The position numbers and the translations under genes were made by a program. Below are positions 9,907-20,693 of a DNA stretch of 64,000 nt, in pieces (within the stretch, counting starts at the first letter, position 1; the number at the start of each line of letters is the position of its first letter). The notes under the pieces were generated by a model that was not told the origin of the DNA, made no database searches, and saw nothing but the letters and a program-made list of their open reading frames with translations. The stretch spans positions 64,001 to 128,000 of the forward strand of contig CAZBPC010000002.1 of NCBI GenBank assembly GCA_964493715.1, read 5' to 3'. This DNA is from an uncultured archaeon. Lineage in GTDB: Archaea > Asgardarchaeota > Lokiarchaeia > Sigyniarchaeales > SOKP01.

Positions 9907-10911
9907 ATGTATAATTCTAAAATTGACGAGCTAATTCAATTTTTAAAGGACAAGACGCCTTTAATCACTACTCATAATCTAGTCGATATTGATGCACTCG
10001 CCTCAACACATATTTTCAAGTATTTTCTTAATCAAATTTGGCCAAACAAGAATGTATTCTTAACCTATTCTAAATTCAAGAAATCAACAAAGAGTTTCAT
10101 TTTAAAATTCAATCAGAAATTTCCCAAAATTGATCTATATGGAGACAAAGATTACGATCTTTCTCAAATTGATGTAATAATAATTTTAGATTCAAATAAT
10201 TACAATCAAGTAATTATAAACGGAGTAGAAAATATTACAAAACTGGAAATCCCCTTCATTTTTATTGATCATCATTTAAATTTAAATCCAAATAGCTCTG
10301 CATTTAATTTAATAGATGATACACGATATTCTACTTCAGAAATAATTTATGAATTTTATGCCCAAAAATCTTTAAAATTGTCAACACCTTACATTTTTCT
10401 TCTTATAGCAGGCATTTTAACTGATACAGGTTTTTTTAAATATAGTGATAATGATTCAATAAAACTTATTTCAAGTTTACTAACACCAAAAATTGAGTTC
10501 CAAGAGGTAAAGAAGTTAATAGAAATTGAAAAAGACATCTCAGAGAAAATTGCTGAAATTAAAGGGCTGCAAAGAGTAAAATTAATTCGTGTAGAAGATT
10601 GGTTAATTGGTATAACCCAAGTGAGTAATTTTAGAGCTTCTGTTGCATCTACTTTATTAAACGTTGGATTTGATGTAAGTATTGTATATTCAATCGATAA
10701 AACGGGTATTAGAATAACTACGAGGGCAAAAAATGCTGTATGTCAGAAATCAAGATTGCATCTTGGTAAAATTTTAAATGAATTACATCAAGGTAGCGGG
10801 GGTGGGCATAATGGGGCTGCTAGCGTATATATTAAAGATAAGACTGATGAAATTCTTGATGAATTGATACAAGAAATAAAACAAACTTTAATTAACGACC
10901 TTTCGTTATAA
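9907..10911 (+). CDS. DHH family phosphoesterase (NrnA-like)
   Basis: THNLVDIDALAS, IDHH, GILTDTG, GGGHNGAA motifs. Confidence 0.9.
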   Translation: MYNSKIDELIQFLKDKTPLITTHNLVDIDALASTHIFKYFLNQIWPNKNVFLTYSKFKKSTKSFILKFNQKFPKIDLYGDKDYDLSQIDVIIILDSNNYNQVIINGVENITKLEIPFIFIDHHLNLNPNSSAFNLIDDTRYSTSEIIYEFYAQKSLKLSTPYIFLLIAGILTDTGFFKYSDNDSIKLISSLLTPKIEFQEVKKLIEIEKDISEKIAEIKGLQRVKLIRVEDWLIGITQVSNFRASVASTLLNVGFDVSIVYSIDKTGIRITTRAKNAVCQKSRLHLGKILNELHQGSGGGHNGAASVYIKDKTDEILDELIQEIKQTLINDLSL

Positions 10912-10939
10912 ATAAAAGAAAAGTAGACCCGTTAACACG

Positions 10940-11776
10940 ATGAGCTTAGTTAAGTTTCATAATTTTTATTTTCGGTATAAAGGAAATGAGATCTATGCTT
11001 TAAATGATATTAATTTATCAATTGAAAATGATAAATTTATATTATTGGCTGGAGAAACCGGTTCAGGAAAGACTTCCTTAATACGGTGTATGAATGGGTT
11101 AATTCCTCAATTTTATACAGGGTATTATAAAGGGTGTGTTGAAGTTCAAGGTAGAGAAACGACATCAACATCTATCGCAGCTCTCTCTTCTGAAGTAGGA
11201 GTTGTTTTTCAAAATCCTGAGAATCAGTTAATTACAATGAATGTAGAACATGAACTTGCCTTTGGATTGGAAAATATTGGAATTTCCCCTAAAATCATTA
11301 AAGATAAAATCCAAGAGGTTGTAGAATTAACTGAAATTAAGAATCTTTTATCTAAAGCTCCATTTGAATTAAGTGGTGGAGAACAGCAAAGAGTTGCAAT
11401 TGCTTCTATTTTAATATTAGAACCAAAACTCATCATTCTGGATGAACCGACTGCTAGTTTGGATCCCCTATATGCTCAAAAAATTATTAGCTTATTAAAA
11501 AAAATACAAGAAGAAAAAAAGGTGACCATTATAATTAGTGAACATAGATTAGATTTACTTATATCTTTAATTGATGAGATTATTTTAATGAAAGAAGGAA
11601 GGGTTCTTATTCATGACTCAACAGAAAAGGTATTAGAGAGTGAGGTTTTCGATAATTTGAATATAAATAAACCTATAATTTATTCGATCTTTAATCAATT
11701 AAATGTATACCAAAAATCAATCCCTTTTTCTCTTGATCAAGCATTAAAAAGGTGCGCTCTTAAAAATGGTAAATGA
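10940..11776 (+). CDS. ecfA1: ECF transporter ATPase A
   Basis: Walker A GETGSGKT, FQNPENQ, LSGGEQQR, ILDEPT. Confidence 0.92.
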   Translation: MSLVKFHNFYFRYKGNEIYALNDINLSIENDKFILLAGETGSGKTSLIRCMNGLIPQFYTGYYKGCVEVQGRETTSTSIAALSSEVGVVFQNPENQLITMNVEHELAFGLENIGISPKIIKDKIQEVVELTEIKNLLSKAPFELSGGEQQRVAIASILILEPKLIILDEPTASLDPLYAQKIISLLKKIQEEKKVTIIISEHRLDLLISLIDEIILMKEGRVLIHDSTEKVLESEVFDNLNINKPIIYSIFNQLNVYQKSIPFSLDQALKRCALKNGK

Positions 11777-12620
11777 TATTAATTCATTAATACGCTTTCA
11801 AGATGTTAATTTTTCCTACCCCAATGGAACGATAGCATTAAAGGAGATAAATCTTAAAATTAGTAGAGGTGAAAAAATTGCAATTATGGGGCAAAATGGG
11901 GCAGGAAAAACAACTTTAATTCGAATGTTAAATGGATTACTTCGACCTACATCTGGTCGAGTTTTGATTGAAGGAATTGATATCATTAATTCTACAATAG
12001 GTTCATTATCAAAAAAAGTAGGTATTATATTTCAAAATCCTATGCACCAATTATTTTCAAATACTGTAGCAGAAGAAATTAAATTTTCCTTGAAGAGTTT
12101 GGATTTAGGTAAAGAAGAAGTAGAAGAGAAAACTAATACTATTTTAAGGGAGTATGGTTTTGAAAAATATGCGGATCATTCACCAATGAATTTGTCTGGC
12201 GGTGAATCAAAAAAATTAGCGAATGCTTCAATTATGTGCCGTGATCCGGATGTTTTGGTCTTTGATGAACCAACTCTCGGTCAAGATGCTAATGAAATTA
12301 AAATTTTTCTAGATATGCTTGAAAAAGAGGGTAGGAAGAAAAAAACAATAATAATGGTTACTCATAATGTAGAATTTGCATTTGAACATGTTCCACGAGT
12401 AGTTTTAATGACTAACGGAAGAATTCTCGCAGATGGACCTACAACCAGATTATTAACTAATGAAACTCTTGTTCATCGTTCCTCATTAATATTACCTCAA
12501 GTTTTTAGGTTAAAATTAGGGTTGAAAACCCTAGGATTGGAAGTACCCGATAATGTAATAAATCAAGCAGATATGGTAAAATTCCTCTCTAACTATTTTG
12601 AGACGGAAAGTAAGAGGTGA
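11766..12620 (+). CDS. ecfA2: ECF transporter ATPase A'
   Basis: GQNGAGKTT, FQNPMHQ, LSGGESKK, VFDEPT. Confidence 0.92.
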   Translation: MVNDINSLIRFQDVNFSYPNGTIALKEINLKISRGEKIAIMGQNGAGKTTLIRMLNGLLRPTSGRVLIEGIDIINSTIGSLSKKVGIIFQNPMHQLFSNTVAEEIKFSLKSLDLGKEEVEEKTNTILREYGFEKYADHSPMNLSGGESKKLANASIMCRDPDVLVFDEPTLGQDANEIKIFLDMLEKEGRKKKTIIMVTHNVEFAFEHVPRVVLMTNGRILADGPTTRLLTNETLVHRSSLILPQVFRLKLGLKTLGLEVPDNVINQADMVKFLSNYFETESKR

Positions 12621-12624
12621 AAAA

Positions 12625-13383
12625 TTGTCATTACAATTTTTGAATGCTTTTAGATTTTTAAAGAAGAATACTTTAATACACAACCTTGATCCACGCGCTA
12701 AACTCTTATTTGCTATTATTTATACTTTAAATGCTTTAATGTTTAATGAGATATTACCTTTAATGATATTGTTTATTAGTTTAATACCTCTCATCCTTCT
12801 TGGTAAATTATTCAAATCATGGTTTAAAAGCTTAAAAGGCATGTCCTTTCTCTTTATCATCATTATCCTGTTAAATACCTTATTTATTTCATTGAATTTT
12901 GCAATTGCAATGACCCTTAGAATATCGATAATGCTATCCGCATTCTCTGTTTTTTTTCTAACTGTCGATCCAAATGATTTAGCTTTATCTTTAATATCCA
13001 TGAAAGTTCCATACGAATTTGCCTTCTCATTTTCATTAGCATTTAGATTTGTTCCTACTATTGCAATAGAAGCCCAAAATATTATGGATGCACAACAAAG
13101 TAGGGGGTATGAAATGCAGCAGAAAGGTATAATTAACCAAGTGAAAAATCTATTTCCTCTCTTAGTCCCTCTAATAATAAGCTCTATAAAGAGAGCTTTC
13201 AATGTGGCAGAAGCGTTGGAATCAAGAGCTTTTGGAAGTGAAAAGAAGCGTACGTATTATTTTACGATTAAATACACAGCTAAAGATTGGTTATTCACGT
13301 TGTATTTATTAGCATTAATATCTATACTAATTATCATAAGGATTAATATGCCGATCTGGCTTTATTGGAGTATTCCAGTATGA
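12625..13383 (+). CDS. ecfT: ECF transporter transmembrane component T
   Basis: LDPRAKL, AFRFVPT, AQQSRG and ALESRAF motifs; TTG 12625 after GAGGTGA. Confidence 0.92.
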   Translation: MSLQFLNAFRFLKKNTLIHNLDPRAKLLFAIIYTLNALMFNEILPLMILFISLIPLILLGKLFKSWFKSLKGMSFLFIIIILLNTLFISLNFAIAMTLRISIMLSAFSVFFLTVDPNDLALSLISMKVPYEFAFSFSLAFRFVPTIAIEAQNIMDAQQSRGYEMQQKGIINQVKNLFPLLVPLIISSIKRAFNVAEALESRAFGSEKKRTYYFTIKYTAKDWLFTLYLLALISILIIIRINMPIWLYWSIPV

Positions 13384-14036
13384 TTACAAGAGCAATTATA
13401 ATTAGTGAATTCGATTTGAAATATAGTGTTGGTATCTCGAAAATCCAATTGGGATTAAGTTCCTTGAGTTTGGAGGGACTCGTTAAATTGATTGAGGATA
13501 TTCAAAAAGACAAGAAAGGATCTATGATACAATTTTTTAATGAGGAGTTCATTCTAAACTCAGAACACGTGTTTAACGCCGCTTATTTTACAATTAAAGC
13601 GTTTCATAATGGGATAAACATATCTAATCAAAAAAATTTAGAATTTATCCTTTATTTAGCATCAAAAAGACAAATAAAACAATGTTTACAAGATTTTGGA
13701 TTAAAACCTATACACATATCTAACAAAGAACTCACATATTGCATTATATCTTCTTCAACGGAGCTCTCTCTAATAGATGAAGTCATCCTTCAAAAATTAA
13801 ATGCTAAACATTTGCCTCTCGATTTGAATAAAATTAATTATGATAAATTTAAACGTGTTAAAGATTATTTCCAAATATCGGACAATCAAATTTCAGTTGT
13901 CTTAAAAACATATAGTTTGAAATTTCTATCGGAAACACCCTCTAAAGAAGATTTAATTAGTTTATACCAAGTAATAAATGACTTATTATGTGAAAAAATG
14001 GCACTGTTAAGTTTAGAGAAAATAAAGGTTAATTAA
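13380..14036 (+). CDS. cgi121: KEOPS subunit Cgi121
   Basis: IQFFN...HV..A, NISNQKNLEFILYLASKRQIK..L..FG; near pcc1 and sua5. Confidence 0.82.
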   Translation: MITRAIIISEFDLKYSVGISKIQLGLSSLSLEGLVKLIEDIQKDKKGSMIQFFNEEFILNSEHVFNAAYFTIKAFHNGINISNQKNLEFILYLASKRQIKQCLQDFGLKPIHISNKELTYCIISSSTELSLIDEVILQKLNAKHLPLDLNKINYDKFKRVKDYFQISDNQISVVLKTYSLKFLSETPSKEDLISLYQVINDLLCEKMALLSLEKIKVN

Positions 14037-14566
14037 ATCTTACAATTCTCTTTAGAAGCTTTAATGATATCATTTACTTGTAAAAATGATATTCCACAAA
14101 AATTTCCTAAAATTTCTATCCTTATTATCTTATCAGGATTGTCCAAATCCACTTTATTGTTAAAAATTTCTGCGATAACCTTAATTAACTGAGTTCTATT
14201 AATAATTTCATTATTCCGTCTTTTCAAATCTATCCGAAAGGACGCATTTTCCTTAAGATATTCTTTATGATGCTTTAGGATAATTTCTTTTATGACATCA
14301 ACATTAGTTTCACATACAAAATCAATTGGAACTATTTTTAAAATATATTGAAAAAAATTTGGATCTGTTTTCAATAATTCTTTAATTTTAGAAATTACCT
14401 CCTCTCTTCTAAGAGCTGTAAATACAGTTAATAAACCTTGAAATTCTAGACTGGAAATAATTGGATAGCGATCTCCACATATTAAAAAAGTAAACCATAA
14501 TTCTGCCTTAGCATTAATCTCATTAAAACGGGAAGTTGATACTAAAAAATTGAAATTATTCGTCAT
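14033..14566 (-). CDS. THUMP domain RNA-binding protein
   Basis: LKIVPID, SFRIDLKRR, KVDLDNPDKIIRIEILG. Confidence 0.85.
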   Translation of the reverse strand: MTNNFNFLVSTSRFNEINAKAELWFTFLICGDRYPIISSLEFQGLLTVFTALRREEVISKIKELLKTDPNFFQYILKIVPIDFVCETNVDVIKEIILKHHKEYLKENASFRIDLKRRNNEIINRTQLIKVIAEIFNNKVDLDNPDKIIRIEILGNFCGISFLQVNDIIKASKENCKI

Positions 14567-14579
14567 GTTCTTTAGATCA

Positions 14580-15248
14580 TTAATATTCTGTTTTTTTCAA
14601 TACATCGAGAACCTCTTCTTCCGAAATTGCACCTATTCTTAGAAATTTCGGTTCTTGGGAAGTACAATCTACAATAGTGGTAGATATTTTAGATTTTGAT
14701 TTACCCCCATCAATAATAAAATCAATTGGACTTAAAAATTTATGGGCAACCTCATCTCCACTAATTGAAGGAGGTTCTCCTGAATAATTCGCTGAGGTTC
14801 CAATGATTCCTCCAAAACTTCCTCTGGCTTTTAACTTTTCCAGTATTTTCATAATTATGTTATTTTCTGGAACTCTAATACCAAGGGTGTTTTGAAATGC
14901 GGAGACCTCTTCTGGAATAATACATGATTCCCTCCTTTTTAATATCAATGTCAATTGTCCCGGCCAATAGTGTTTTACTAAAATTTTTGCCATTTTATTG
15001 AATTGAGCTATTTTAATTGCCTCTTCATAATTAGAAACTAATAATAATAACCCTTTTTTTCGATCTCGAAATTTTATTTCAAAAATCCTTTCAATTACAT
15101 CTTTATTGAGAGGATCACCTCCAATTCCATATACAGAATCAGTTGGAAAAGCGATCAATTTACCCTCAATGATGTTATCTACAGCAACCTCAAGGTATAA
15201 ATCAATTTCATTAAGTGTTTTTTTGTTAAGCTTTATTAGAAAACCCAT
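14580..15248 (-). CDS. sua5: Threonylcarbamoyl-AMP synthase (Sua5/TsaC YrdC domain)
   Basis: AFPTDSVYG, IKFR..KK, WPGQLTLIL, GIRVP, TSANYSG, STTIVD. Confidence 0.93.
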   Translation of the reverse strand: MGFLIKLNKKTLNEIDLYLEVAVDNIIEGKLIAFPTDSVYGIGGDPLNKDVIERIFEIKFRDRKKGLLLLVSNYEEAIKIAQFNKMAKILVKHYWPGQLTLILKRRESCIIPEEVSAFQNTLGIRVPENNIIMKILEKLKARGSFGGIIGTSANYSGEPPSISGDEVAHKFLSPIDFIIDGGKSKSKISTTIVDCTSQEPKFLRIGAISEEEVLDVLKKTEY

Positions 15249-15306
15249 TAGAACTCTCTTTAATAATAATTTTGTAAAAAAATCTGAAATATAATAATAA
15301 AAAAAT

Positions 15307-16245
15307 TTAGGTAGAATTTTCTTGGCATTTTATTTCATTGGCGATTTTTACCCATTGAAGATCAAGTCTCTCTTGAAGTTCAATTAGAACTTTCTCTGAT
15401 ACTTTAGAAAATCTTTTTTGGCGGGACAAATAATCTATTAATGGCGCTCTTTTTGAAGGATCTAATAATGGTTTACTCTTTTTTGATAAGCTCATAACCC
15501 CATTTTCAATTTCATATAAAATCCAAGATCCTGTCTTAACTGCAAGACGAGGAATTTCTATAGAATCTTCAGAGGGTATTCCCCATCCTGGGGGACAAGA
15601 TGCTAACACATGGATATATTTACATCCTTCAATAGATTTCGCTTTCTTAAATTTCTCGAAAAGATCTAAAGGTTCACTGACAGAACAAGTAGCAACATAG
15701 GGAATTTCATGTGCTGCCATTATTTGCGGAAGATTTTTTTTGTATTGTTCCTTTCCCAAAGTGGTAGTTGTTGTAATTGCACCATGGGGTGTACTTGATG
15801 AACGCTGAATTCCCGTGTTCATATATGCTTCATTATCATAACAACAATATATGATATTTGAATTTCTCTCAGCAGCACCACTTAATCCTTGAATTCCTAT
15901 ATCAGTTGTTCCTCCATCACCTGCAAAAACTAAAGTTGTCATTTTTTCCCACACTTTACCAGGAAACCTATAAGCTTTTGCTTTAAAGGCTGCAGAAACA
16001 CCCGTTGCTGCAGCAGCGCCTGCTGCAAATGCCATATTAATAAATGGGAAGTTTGGAGCTGCTTTAGGCCATAATCCTACAACTACATTTAAACAACTTG
16101 CAGGTGTGACTAAAGATGTATTTGGTCCAAGAGCTTTCATTGCCCATCTTAAAGCAATTTCAAGTCCACAACCAGCACAAGTAGAGTTCCCTGGTAGAAA
16201 AAATTCCTCTTTATAGTTCTCTAAAGCTTCTTTTATTGAAACCAT
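15307..16245 (-). CDS. porB: Pyruvate/2-oxoacid:ferredoxin oxidoreductase beta subunit
   Basis: CAGCG, TPP motif GDGGTTDIG...YDNEAYMNTGIQRSS. Confidence 0.93.
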   Translation of the reverse strand: MVSIKEALENYKEEFFLPGNSTCAGCGLEIALRWAMKALGPNTSLVTPASCLNVVVGLWPKAAPNFPFINMAFAAGAAAATGVSAAFKAKAYRFPGKVWEKMTTLVFAGDGGTTDIGIQGLSGAAERNSNIIYCCYDNEAYMNTGIQRSSSTPHGAITTTTTLGKEQYKKNLPQIMAAHEIPYVATCSVSEPLDLFEKFKKAKSIEGCKYIHVLASCPPGWGIPSEDSIEIPRLAVKTGSWILYEIENGVMSLSKKSKPLLDPSKRAPLIDYLSRQKRFSKVSEKVLIELQERLDLQWVKIANEIKCQENST

Positions 16246-16247
16246 TT

Positions 16248-17504
16248 TTATTCTACCTCCAATAAGCCATCCCAGAAAGTTCCATCAATCATCTCCCTTG
16301 GGAGTTCCCCAGTTTCATTCAACTTTATCAACATTTTAAGCTGGTTCTTTTGCTGTTCTAAGCTTACTTCTCTTCCTCCCAAACCCATAATGATTGGCAA
16401 AACTTGTGTAGAGACACCTGAATTATATAATGCCGATTTCACTTCACTACTTAAAGGTCCACCAGTAGGAGAACCAAATGCTGTAGCTCTATCCGCTACC
16501 CCAAGAACTTTGACTTTCCTCGCAATATTTATAACATCTTCTACAGGAAAAGGTCTAAAATAACGTAATTTAACACAACCCACTTTATATCCTTCTTCTC
16601 TTAAATCATCAACTGCTTGTTCCATTTGCATGGCTAATTCTCCATAATTTATTATTGCTACATCAGCATCATTCATTCTATACTCTTGAATCAATCCATT
16701 CCCGTACTGTCTTCCAAAAGTGGTTCCAAATTCGTCCGTAACTTCTTTTATTTTTTCTTTAGCTAATAGCATTGTATGGTGAATTTTCAATCTAAACTCA
16801 TTATAAAAACCAGAAGGCATTATTAAATTTCCATGCATCATTGGTCTTTCTGGATCAAGAAATATATGTGGCCAACCTCTTTCATCTGGAAGTGGTGGTA
16901 AAAATTTATCGACTGCGTCTTGATCTTCTATGGTTACTGGTTTAGATGTGTGAGATAGCGTAAATCCACCATATGCGACGAATTTTGGTAATAAAATATC
17001 GTAATCTTCACTGATCTTATAAGACATTAAAATATCATCATAAATTTCTTGATGATTTGCTGCAAATGAAATCATCCATCCAGTATCTCTGCAACTCATT
17101 ATATCTGTAAAATCTGCCCAAATATTCCAAGGTGGTGCTGGTCCTCGTGAAGCTATTGTTGTTACAATGGGTAAACGAGCACCTGCGGCCCAATGAACCA
17201 TCTCATACATATAAAATAATCCTTGTCCCGAAGTAGCTGTGAAAGTGCGAGTTCCTGCAGTACTTGCACCAATAATTGAAGCCATCACTGAGTGTTCTGA
17301 TTCTACTTTAATATATTCTGTTCCAGGCATCTCACCATTATCCACAAACTCGGATAGTTTTTCTACCACAGTAGTTTGTGGAGTAATTGGATAAGCACTT
17401 ATCACTTGAACACGCGCGGACTTTGCAGCGTATGCTGCTGCCACGTTCCCCTTTATTATTTTGGTTTCTCTTTCTTGCACAAAATCTTCTTGTGTTTCCA
17501 CCAT
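16248..17504 (-). CDS. porA: Pyruvate/2-oxoacid:ferredoxin oxidoreductase alpha subunit
   Basis: AYPITPQT, VESEHS, TATSGQGL. Confidence 0.93.
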   Translation of the reverse strand: MVETQEDFVQERETKIIKGNVAAAYAAKSARVQVISAYPITPQTTVVEKLSEFVDNGEMPGTEYIKVESEHSVMASIIGASTAGTRTFTATSGQGLFYMYEMVHWAAGARLPIVTTIASRGPAPPWNIWADFTDIMSCRDTGWMISFAANHQEIYDDILMSYKISEDYDILLPKFVAYGGFTLSHTSKPVTIEDQDAVDKFLPPLPDERGWPHIFLDPERPMMHGNLIMPSGFYNEFRLKIHHTMLLAKEKIKEVTDEFGTTFGRQYGNGLIQEYRMNDADVAIINYGELAMQMEQAVDDLREEGYKVGCVKLRYFRPFPVEDVINIARKVKVLGVADRATAFGSPTGGPLSSEVKSALYNSGVSTQVLPIIMGLGGREVSLEQQKNQLKMLIKLNETGELPREMIDGTFWDGLLEVE

Positions 17505-17505
17505 A

Positions 17506-17844
17506 TTAATCTTCACTCTCCCTTACCATTTCTATACTTTTAGTTGGGCATTCTTTAGCACATATTCCACATCCCTTACAATATACATAATCGACTTCAA
17601 ATTCTCCTTCTTCATTTCTGATTATAGTAGCTTCGGGGCAATACATCCAGCAAATCCCACATTTTGTACAAGTATCTCTATTAACGACTGGTTTAAACGT
17701 TCTCCAATCTCCTGTCGTACCTATACTGCCTTTAATAGGAAATGATATAGGAATTGGAGGTAATTCTTTCCAGTTATGATATTCTTGTACTTCTGGTCTT
17801 TTATCTTTATCTTCACATATATTTTTCCATTTCACTTTGATCAT
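17506..17844 (-). CDS. porD: Pyruvate/2-oxoacid:ferredoxin oxidoreductase delta subunit (2x[4Fe-4S])
   Basis: TGDWRTFKP, CTKCGICWMYCP, YCKGCGICAKECP. Confidence 0.93.
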   Translation of the reverse strand: MIKVKWKNICEDKDKRPEVQEYHNWKELPPIPISFPIKGSIGTTGDWRTFKPVVNRDTCTKCGICWMYCPEATIIRNEEGEFEVDYVYCKGCGICAKECPTKSIEMVRESED

Positions 17845-18419
17845 TCATACTCAACCTCCTTAACACTATTGTATGCTTCAATAGCAACATCCATATTTTT
17901 CTTGCCTCGACTCTCTCCAAATTCTTTATATATAACTTTTTTCATTGTATCGATGTCATAATAACCCGTCATTTTACCAAATGCTCCTAACATGGGAATA
18001 TTTAGTATGGGTCCACTGGAATGCATGAAATTTTGTTTAATACATATACCAGTAGCATCTACTATGAAATATTTGACATTTTCAGGAAAATCACAGGTAT
18101 CAATTGGATTTTTGCTGTTAATAAGTAAAGTAACTCCACTTTTTATAGTGGCCATAATAGCAGGAATATCTAATAATGATGTATCAAAAATTATCATATA
18201 ATCGGGAGTTTTCACGCTATCAAAGGTCTTTATTTGTTTATTCCTCGATAACTTAGAAAATGCTTGAATGGGGGCCCCTCTCCGTTCTGCACCTATTATA
18301 GGGATTGCTATAGCGTCTTTAAATCCTTTTTCATAGGCAAGTTGTGCTAATAATTGGCTCGCGGTAATTGCTGTTTGCCCACCGCGACCATGGAAAGTTA
18401 CCTCTACAATTTTTTCCAT
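17841..18419 (-). CDS. porG: Pyruvate/2-oxoacid:ferredoxin oxidoreductase gamma subunit
   Basis: HGRGGQ, GAERRGAP; ATG 18419 chosen. Confidence 0.92.
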   Translation of the reverse strand: MEKIVEVTFHGRGGQTAITASQLLAQLAYEKGFKDAIAIPIIGAERRGAPIQAFSKLSRNKQIKTFDSVKTPDYMIIFDTSLLDIPAIMATIKSGVTLLINSKNPIDTCDFPENVKYFIVDATGICIKQNFMHSSGPILNIPMLGAFGKMTGYYDIDTMKKVIYKEFGESRGKKNMDVAIEAYNSVKEVEYE

Positions 18420-18638
18420 ATTCGTATCATTCCTCATATTAATCAACACATTTAGAAGAAAAATAATTAACATTCCATTAAAAATTTCTGGAAAAGAATC
18501 ATAAGTATACGTTTTAATAAGAATAAATCATTTGAAATATCTTAGTTGACAATAAATAGTAAATCTCTTCATATTTTAAAGAATTATACATGAGATACAA
18601 TAGAAAAAATCAAGAAATAAACGTTAAAATGTGAGCCA

Positions 18639-19214
18639 ATGTCTGAAAAAGCCAAAGAAATGGAAGAAGAATTTTCATTCAAATGTCCTATTTGTAATAG
18701 TGGAACGATCGAAATAACTAAAACAGTTTATGATATGACTGACGGAGACAAGATGCTAATTGTTAAATTTGAATGCAATAAATGCACGTTTATAAAAAAT
18801 GACGTGGTTCCATTAACAACTAGAATTGAACCCGGAATTATATCATTACAGGTGATGAATGAAAATGATCTCAAATCTAAAGTTTATCGTTCACCAGTTG
18901 GCATATTAGAGATTCCTGAATTAGAAGTGTCAGTGGAACCGGGTCCACGTGCAGACTTTTATTATACAAATATAGAAGGAATCTTGGAGCGATTTCAGAA
19001 AGCAGTGCAAATTTATCGAAATGATCTTGATGAAAATGAAGAAAAACAAGCAGAAATCGATGAAATATTAAATAATATTGATAAAGCTATGAAGGGTGAT
19101 TTTAATTTCACCTTAAAGATAACTGATACGGGTGGAGGTAGCTATATAATTCCTCAAGATGAATCAAAATATTCCTTTCAAAAAATAGATCTTCCTTTAA
19201 CCATGGATGAGTAA
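18639..19214 (+). CDS. ZPR1 zinc-finger protein
   Basis: CPIC...CNKC, IPELEVSVEPGP, TNIEGILER, FTLKITDTGGGSYI. Confidence 0.9.
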   Translation: MSEKAKEMEEEFSFKCPICNSGTIEITKTVYDMTDGDKMLIVKFECNKCTFIKNDVVPLTTRIEPGIISLQVMNENDLKSKVYRSPVGILEIPELEVSVEPGPRADFYYTNIEGILERFQKAVQIYRNDLDENEEKQAEIDEILNNIDKAMKGDFNFTLKITDTGGGSYIIPQDESKYSFQKIDLPLTMDE

Positions 19215-19652
19215 AAAAGGAACATCATAATTTATTTGAATAGTTAATACTACTATGAGCTTTATTTTTCTTAAAAAATAAATTGAGATTTATAAAGATA
19301 TAAAGATAAAAAATATTGAATAAATTTAATTTAAAATTAAGATGGTGAATTAACAGAGAAGATTTGAAGGAAATAAAAAAAATAGGAATAGATCATTATA
19401 ACAGATAAAAGTGAATTTAATTGTTCAGATCCTAATCGATCCAAAAGACAAGAAATTAATCCCGGGTTATGTTATTTTGAATATCCTTTAAATAAATCTA
19501 GAAAGGATTTTCTTGACAAAGATGTTAATTTTTTAGAGATAATAGAATCAAAACATTATAATAGATGTTTAACTGACAATATTCAGACTTATCTAAAAAG
19601 TCTTGAGGGTGAAATCAGAATTTTATTCGAACCTTTCATAGAATTTAAGAAT

Positions 19653-20609
19653 ATGGGTGCACTTTTTGGGCTTCATAATAATTACATGCCAAATAATAGG
19701 ATGTATAAAAATTGTAAAAAAATTATAGCTAAAAGTACTTTAGATGAAATGCGAGTTAATTTCAAAAAAAATATTGAAAATTACACAAAGAAATTTCCAC
19801 ATTTGGTAGAGTTATTATTATTGTTTCATTCTGAAATTTTGAAATTTATTAATGAATATGAGATAATTCTTCAACCAAAACCTACTCCAGATTATCAAAT
19901 GTTCAATCACCATCCTAATCTTAAAAGAGATTATTTTGAAATAATTGATACATATGAAAAAGCGTACTGGCTTGGATTTCTATTTGCTGATGGATGGATA
20001 GCAATAGAACATAAAAAATCTGGAGATTATTATCGAATGGGGCTCCAATTATCATATAAAGACAAGGATGTGCTTCAGAGGTTTTGTAAAAGTATTGGAT
20101 TAAATCCTAAATATATAAAAAATCGTCTTGTTGGAAGTGATTTTAGCACAAAATTATATCATATAGGTGAAATTAGATGGGGAGATCAAAAAATAGCTCA
20201 AGATCTTGTAAAATTAGGGATAATATATGGATACAGTGAACAAAAAGGAAGGCGCGTTAAAACCCCTAGACTTCCAATACTACAGAACCGAAAACTGATG
20301 TTGGCATTTTTATCAGGTTTCTATGATGGTGATGGCACTCTTGGATTTGATAAGAAGACAGGCAAAATTCGTCCAAGAATTGCCTCTTCTGAAATAGACT
20401 TTTTACATCAAATAAAGCAATATTTCGGAATAAAGTATCAAATTTCTACAACAGAAATGGTTAAATTTAATATAAGAACAGAGAAAATGGTTAATATAAT
20501 AGGTAGTAGACTAGATGTTGATAAAGAAATATTTAAAGAAATGTTAAGTATATTTAAGAATAGTCTTGAAAGAAAGAGAGTTCCAATAGATTTCTTTAAT
20601 GAAAAATAG
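19653..20609 (+). CDS. Free-standing LAGLIDADG homing endonuclease-like protein (two motifs)
   Basis: KAYWLGFLFADG and LAFLSGFYDGDG motifs; frame is open upstream to 19392 without a standard start codon; no intein motifs and no interrupted host gene. Confidence 0.82.
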   Translation: MGALFGLHNNYMPNNRMYKNCKKIIAKSTLDEMRVNFKKNIENYTKKFPHLVELLLLFHSEILKFINEYEIILQPKPTPDYQMFNHHPNLKRDYFEIIDTYEKAYWLGFLFADGWIAIEHKKSGDYYRMGLQLSYKDKDVLQRFCKSIGLNPKYIKNRLVGSDFSTKLYHIGEIRWGDQKIAQDLVKLGIIYGYSEQKGRRVKTPRLPILQNRKLMLAFLSGFYDGDGTLGFDKKTGKIRPRIASSEIDFLHQIKQYFGIKYQISTTEMVKFNIRTEKMVNIIGSRLDVDKEIFKEMLSIFKNSLERKRVPIDFFNEK

Positions 20610-20693
20610 CAAGTTTTTTTTATAGATTGCTTTCTTATTAAAATTGTAAGTATTTAGGAGAAAAATTTGAATAGAATTAAAAAGGTAGATTTA

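Noticed and set aside
15940-15980. porB segment resembling the hydrolase intron sequence (minus strand TAGGTTTCCT...GGGAAAA)
   Set aside because: No 4-bp central helix with 3-nt bulges could be built; the gene is in frame, so likely chance.
19653-20609. LAGLIDADG ORF as an intein or intron-encoded ORF
   Set aside because: No intein splicing motifs, and no split host gene on either side.
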